This document shows positions 60,650 to 64,000 of a stretch of DNA of 64,000 nt, one piece after another; the first letter of the stretch is position 1, and each line of letters starts with the position of its first letter. This DNA comes from an uncultured Bacteroidales bacterium (lineage in GTDB: Bacteria > Bacillota_I > Bacilli_A > RFN20 > CAG-826). Made by a program: the position numbers and the translations under genes. The DNA lies in assembly GCA_963650805.1 (NCBI GenBank), contig CAVJMG010000008.1, positions 8,199 to 72,198 on the forward strand, given 5' to 3'. The notes below the pieces were generated by a model. The model ran no database searches and was not told the DNA's origin. It saw only the letters and a list, made by a program, of their open reading frames with translations.

Positions 60650-62421
60650 AGCCCCTAACCGAGAAATTGACCCGCCTCATCGCCCTTCTCCCCAATAAGC
60701 CCGGGGTGTACCAAATGAAGGACGAAGACGGGAAAATCATCTACATCGGCAAAGCCAAGAACCTCAAGAAGAGGGTCTCCCAGTATTTCCTCCGACCTCA
60801 AGTCGGGAAAGTGAAAGCCATGGTCGACCACGTCGATAGCTTCGACATCATCGTCCTCAGGACGGATAGGGAGGCCTTCATTTTGGAATGCAACCTCATC
60901 CAAACCCATCACCCCCGTTACAACATCATGCTGATGGACGATTCCCATTATCCCTACATCGCCCTGAAGAAGAAGGGGGACCCCCATCTTAAAATCGCTA
61001 GAAGCGACAAGGACAAGGCCTATTTCCACTTTGGCCCCTTCCCCAATTCGGGCTATTGCCATTCGACCATCGATCTCCTCAATAGGATCTACTCGACGAG
61101 GAAGTGCCGCAACATCCCCTCTAAGCCGTGCCTTTATTATTCCATGGGGCAGTGCCTCGCCCCATGCATCAACAAAATCCCGGAGGAAGAGCTCAACAAA
61201 CTTTATTCAAGCATCAAATCCTTCTTGCTTGGAGATGGGAAGGAAGAGGAGGACAAGCTCCGCCAGAAGATGGAGGAGGCTTCCTCTAACCTCGAATTCG
61301 AAAAAGCCTCCGACTATAAGAAAACCCTCGATTCCCTCCGCTACGTCAAAAGCAAGCAAGCGGTGGAGATGACCGGAGACAAAACCCCGAGGGACGTTTT
61401 TGCCTACGCCGAAAGGGATGGGTATAGGAGCTTGGCAATCCTTACCTATAGAAACGGGATGCTGCTTGGGAAAAGCGTCCACGTGGTGCCTTCCTTTTTG
61501 GAGGCGCCCTCCCAAATCAGCGACCTCATCGAGCAATATTACCTCTCTCATCCTTTGCCTAAGGAAATCCTAGTGGGGCTATTGGAGGCCAAGGAGCGCA
61601 TCGAAAACGAATTCGACGGGGCGAAGGTAATCGTCCCTAAAGAAGGCAGGTTGCTTGACGCGCTTAATCTAGCGGAGCTTAACGCTAGGCAAGGCTTGGA
61701 CACTCATTTCTACAGCGCGAGGCTAGAAGAGGACAAACTGGCCTTGCTTGAGGAGCTGCAGACCCTATTGGGGCTAAAAGAAACCCCTCTCCGCATCGAG
61801 CTTTTCGATAACTCTCACCTTCAAGGCTCCTCTCCCGTCGGGGCCATGGTTTGCTATCTTAATGGGGCCCCATGCAAGAAAATGTACCGCAAATTCCACC
61901 TTAAAGAAGAAAACGCCGGAGACGACTACCGCTCCATGGTCGAAGTCGTTTCTAGGCGCTACGGCAGACTTAACCAAGAAGGGGCCGAGCTTCCGGATTT
62001 GATCCTCACCGACGGCGGGCTTCCCCAGGTTCACGCTTCTTTAGAAGGGCTTTCTATCGCAGGAGTGGACATCCCCGTCTTTGGCCTCTATAAGAACGGC
62101 AAGCACCAAACCGAAGGCCTCATCGATAGATACGGGAAAACTTACCCCATCGATCAGAAATCCCCTTTGTTCTTCCTTTTGATGAGAATGCAGGATGAGG
62201 TCCATCGCTTCGCCATCTCCTTCCATAAGCAGCAGCGGGCCAAGGGCATGACCGCCTCCATATTCGACGGAATCGATGGGATTGGACCCAAGCGCCTCGA
62301 GCTTCTCCAGAGCCATTATCCCAGCATCGACGCTTTGCTCTCCGCCTCAAAAGAAGAGCTTTCCCAAATTATCCCCAAAGAAAGCGCGGACGCTTTGTTT
62401 TCTAAGCTCCATCAGGATTAG
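60646..62421 (+). CDS. uvrC: Excinuclease ABC subunit C
   Basis: GIY-YIG motif GVYQMKDEDGKIIYIGKAKNLKKRVSQYF, UvrBC-interaction region, RNase H-like endonuclease domain and C-terminal HhH. ATGA overlap with mutS2. Confidence 0.9.
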   Translation: MKPLTEKLTRLIALLPNKPGVYQMKDEDGKIIYIGKAKNLKKRVSQYFLRPQVGKVKAMVDHVDSFDIIVLRTDREAFILECNLIQTHHPRYNIMLMDDSHYPYIALKKKGDPHLKIARSDKDKAYFHFGPFPNSGYCHSTIDLLNRIYSTRKCRNIPSKPCLYYSMGQCLAPCINKIPEEELNKLYSSIKSFLLGDGKEEEDKLRQKMEEASSNLEFEKASDYKKTLDSLRYVKSKQAVEMTGDKTPRDVFAYAERDGYRSLAILTYRNGMLLGKSVHVVPSFLEAPSQISDLIEQYYLSHPLPKEILVGLLEAKERIENEFDGAKVIVPKEGRLLDALNLAELNARQGLDTHFYSARLEEDKLALLEELQTLLGLKETPLRIELFDNSHLQGSSPVGAMVCYLNGAPCKKMYRKFHLKEENAGDDYRSMVEVVSRRYGRLNQEGAELPDLILTDGGLPQVHASLEGLSIAGVDIPVFGLYKNGKHQTEGLIDRYGKTYPIDQKSPLFFLLMRMQDEVHRFAISFHKQQRAKGMTASIFDGIDGIGPKRLELLQSHYPSIDALLSASKEELSQIIPKESADALFSKLHQD

Positions 62422-62476
62422 CCTTTGGACACAAAGGGGTTGAACCCCACCTTCCTTAAGTCCATAATTTGCTCAC

Positions 62477-62553
<77 letters not shown>

Positions 62554-62689
62554 TTGCAAAAGATGCGACGCTTCGTTGGAGGGGTGTCGTTTTTATTTTG
62601 TTTGTAAATATTTCAATTTCGTTCTAATGACAATGTAATGACATTAACGATATAAACGTGAACATAATTAACCAAATGGAGGCATAGAT

Positions 62690-62962
62690 ATGGCGACAAC
62701 TAATTTGAACATCAGGATAGACAAGACCGTTGAAAATCAATCTGAGGAAATATTCAACGAACTCGGCCTCAATATGACAACTGCCATCAATATGTTTTTA
62801 AGGGCCGCCGTCAGGGAAAGGGGCATTCCGTTTGGTTTAAAGCTGGATGTGCCGAATGATGTTACGGCATCCGCCATTGAAGAGGGCAGAGCACTTATGA
62901 CCGATTCCGCTTCGCCAAGATATTCAAGCATGAGCGATCTTAAGTCGGCGTTAAATGCATGA
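62690..62962 (+). CDS. dinJ: RelB/DinJ-family type II antitoxin
   Basis: MATTNLNIRIDKTVENQSEEIFNELGLNMTTAINMFLRAAVRERGIPFGL is a DinJ-like ribbon-helix-helix. RBS GGAGG is 7 nt upstream of ATG 62690. Confidence 0.7.
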   Translation: MATTNLNIRIDKTVENQSEEIFNELGLNMTTAINMFLRAAVRERGIPFGLKLDVPNDVTASAIEEGRALMTDSASPRYSSMSDLKSALNA

Positions 62963-63238
62963 AATACGATGCGCAGTTTACGAGTCAGCTTAAAAAAGAT
63001 CTGAAGCTGGCAAAAAAGGCAGAACAAAAATCTCGATAGGCTGTTTGGGGTGATTGAAATCCTCGCGAACGGTGAAATTCTGGACGCGAGGTATAAAGAC
63101 CGTGATTTATCAGGAAACTACAAAGGGACGCGTGAATGCCATATCGAACCTGATTGGTCACTCGTTTACGAAATCCGAAACAAATTGCCCGTGCTGATGC
63201 TCATCCGACTCGGCACGCATCCGGAGTTATTTAAGTAA
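62959..63238 (+). pseudogene. yafQ: YafQ-family (RelE/ParE superfamily) toxin gene, frameshifted in an A-tract
   Basis: ATGA-coupled to dinJ. Frame 1 MKYDAQFTSQLKKDLKLAKKAEQKSR* stops at 63037-63039. The +1 frame continues KNLDRLFGVIEILANGEILDARYKDRDLSGNYKGTRECHIEPDWSLVYEI...GTHPELFK, matching YafQ. The shift lies in the A-runs at 63012-63030. Confidence 0.55.
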
Positions 63239-63696
63239 CCTCCGCCACAAGCGCGGCCCTCATTCGTTGGTCGTCTGCCACAAGCGACAAGCTTTCTTTT
63301 TGTTTCGTGTGGACGTCTATAACTTTATAAGCAAGGTTTGCTAATTATTGGCTTGGCCATGGGCACTTTGGAAAGAGTGATCCAAACCGTATGAGTTGCC
63401 TTGCGGGCATAAATACTAGTCCCAGACTAAAAGCCGGATTTTGGGGAAAGCGGAAATAGGCTTAAGAATTCACGCGTGTTCACGATGATTTTCTTTTGTC
63501 CGGGTTGAAATTAGCTCAATGTGCTATTATTTTTTTGCCCTCGTGTTTTCTGTAGCTGGGAAACCGGGGGTATTTTATTTTGCAGCACTTATTTATTTTT
63601 GGTTGCGTTGAAACCGCTCCTTTAGTTTGGAAATTGACCCTGTTGCGGTTTTTAGGATGGCACGGATGTTTGATTTAGAATAAGATATAAATGACT

Positions 63697-64000
63697 ATGA
63701 AAAGAAAAAGTACATCGGTTTTGTTTTATGCAATTTTGGCCGTCAATCTTTTAGCGGCTTGCTCTGGCGGGAAAGAAGAGGGGGACGGAATTCCCCCGGG
63801 ATCTTTGCTTCCCTATGAAATCGATGCCAAAGGCACAATTAACCGATTCCTAGCCAACGAGAAAAATAGCAAAGAAATTAAAATTCCCTCAACTTATAGC
63901 CTTAATGAAAAGGGGCAAGTTGTTTCAGGGACCGCATATCAAATAAAGGGAATTGGCGACCATTGCTTTTCTAACAACAGTTTGGTTCAAAAAATCACTG
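63697..64000 (+). CDS. Partial (5' end) lipoprotein with BspA-type LRR beginnings; runs off the window
   Basis: MKRKSTSVLFYAILAVNLLAACSGGKEEG lipobox, then IKIPSTYSLNEKGQVVSGTAYQIKGIGDHCFSNNSLVQKIT, which resembles the LRR units of 6298..9474. No stop within the window. Confidence 0.4.
   Translation, partial: MKRKSTSVLFYAILAVNLLAACSGGKEEGDGIPPGSLLPYEIDAKGTINRFLANEKNSKEIKIPSTYSLNEKGQVVSGTAYQIKGIGDHCFSNNSLVQKIT

Overview
This 64 kb window is a high-GC (~55%) chromosomal segment that uses the standard genetic code (long ORFs run through many TGA stops), and its gene content points to a wall-less, Mollicutes-related Firmicute. The evidence for that lineage is a minimal division cluster mraZ-rsmH-(small membrane protein)-ftsA-like-ftsZ with no mur, ftsW or pbp genes, an Opp oligopeptide transporter whose OppC, OppD and OppF carry the large insertions typical of Mollicutes, and many 'MKK..LA(S/A)C' lipoproteins with poly-Ser linkers. 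The housekeeping backbone is: T-box leader-pheS-pheT; a second T-box leader-ileS-lspA-rluD; rnhC; mutS2-uvrC; tRNA-Arg(TCT); an SNF2 helicase paired with a SWIM-domain protein; a TrmH methyltransferase; a MalK-like ATPase. Accessory content: a five-gene minus-strand cluster of surface lipoproteins (BspA-like LRR/Flg_new, Big_2, M6-like HExxH metallopeptidase, and a separate GLUG-motif giant); oppA-like lipoprotein plus oppBCDF; a DUF234 ATPase of lower GC; a DUF523/TudS-like protein fused to a ~270-aa basic Tyr/Lys-rich tandem-repeat tail; a dinJ-yafQ toxin-antitoxin module with a frameshifted toxin; a degraded ISL3-like transposase remnant. The most unusual locus is a ~3.2 kb AT-rich islet (about 47.7-50.9 kb) inserted between the SNF2 gene and the ileS T-box. 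It carries a tandemly duplicated two-gene cassette of unknown function (an ~80-aa single-pass membrane protein followed by a ~160-aa soluble protein). Copy 1 has been split by an intact, host-GC IS1595-family insertion sequence whose left inverted repeat now encodes the C-terminus of the membrane protein, and copy 2 has a frameshifted second gene. Four GTGGTA(A/G) direct repeats at ~10-bp phasing just upstream of mraZ look like an MraZ autoregulatory operator. All calls are from reading the sequence; no database searches were run.
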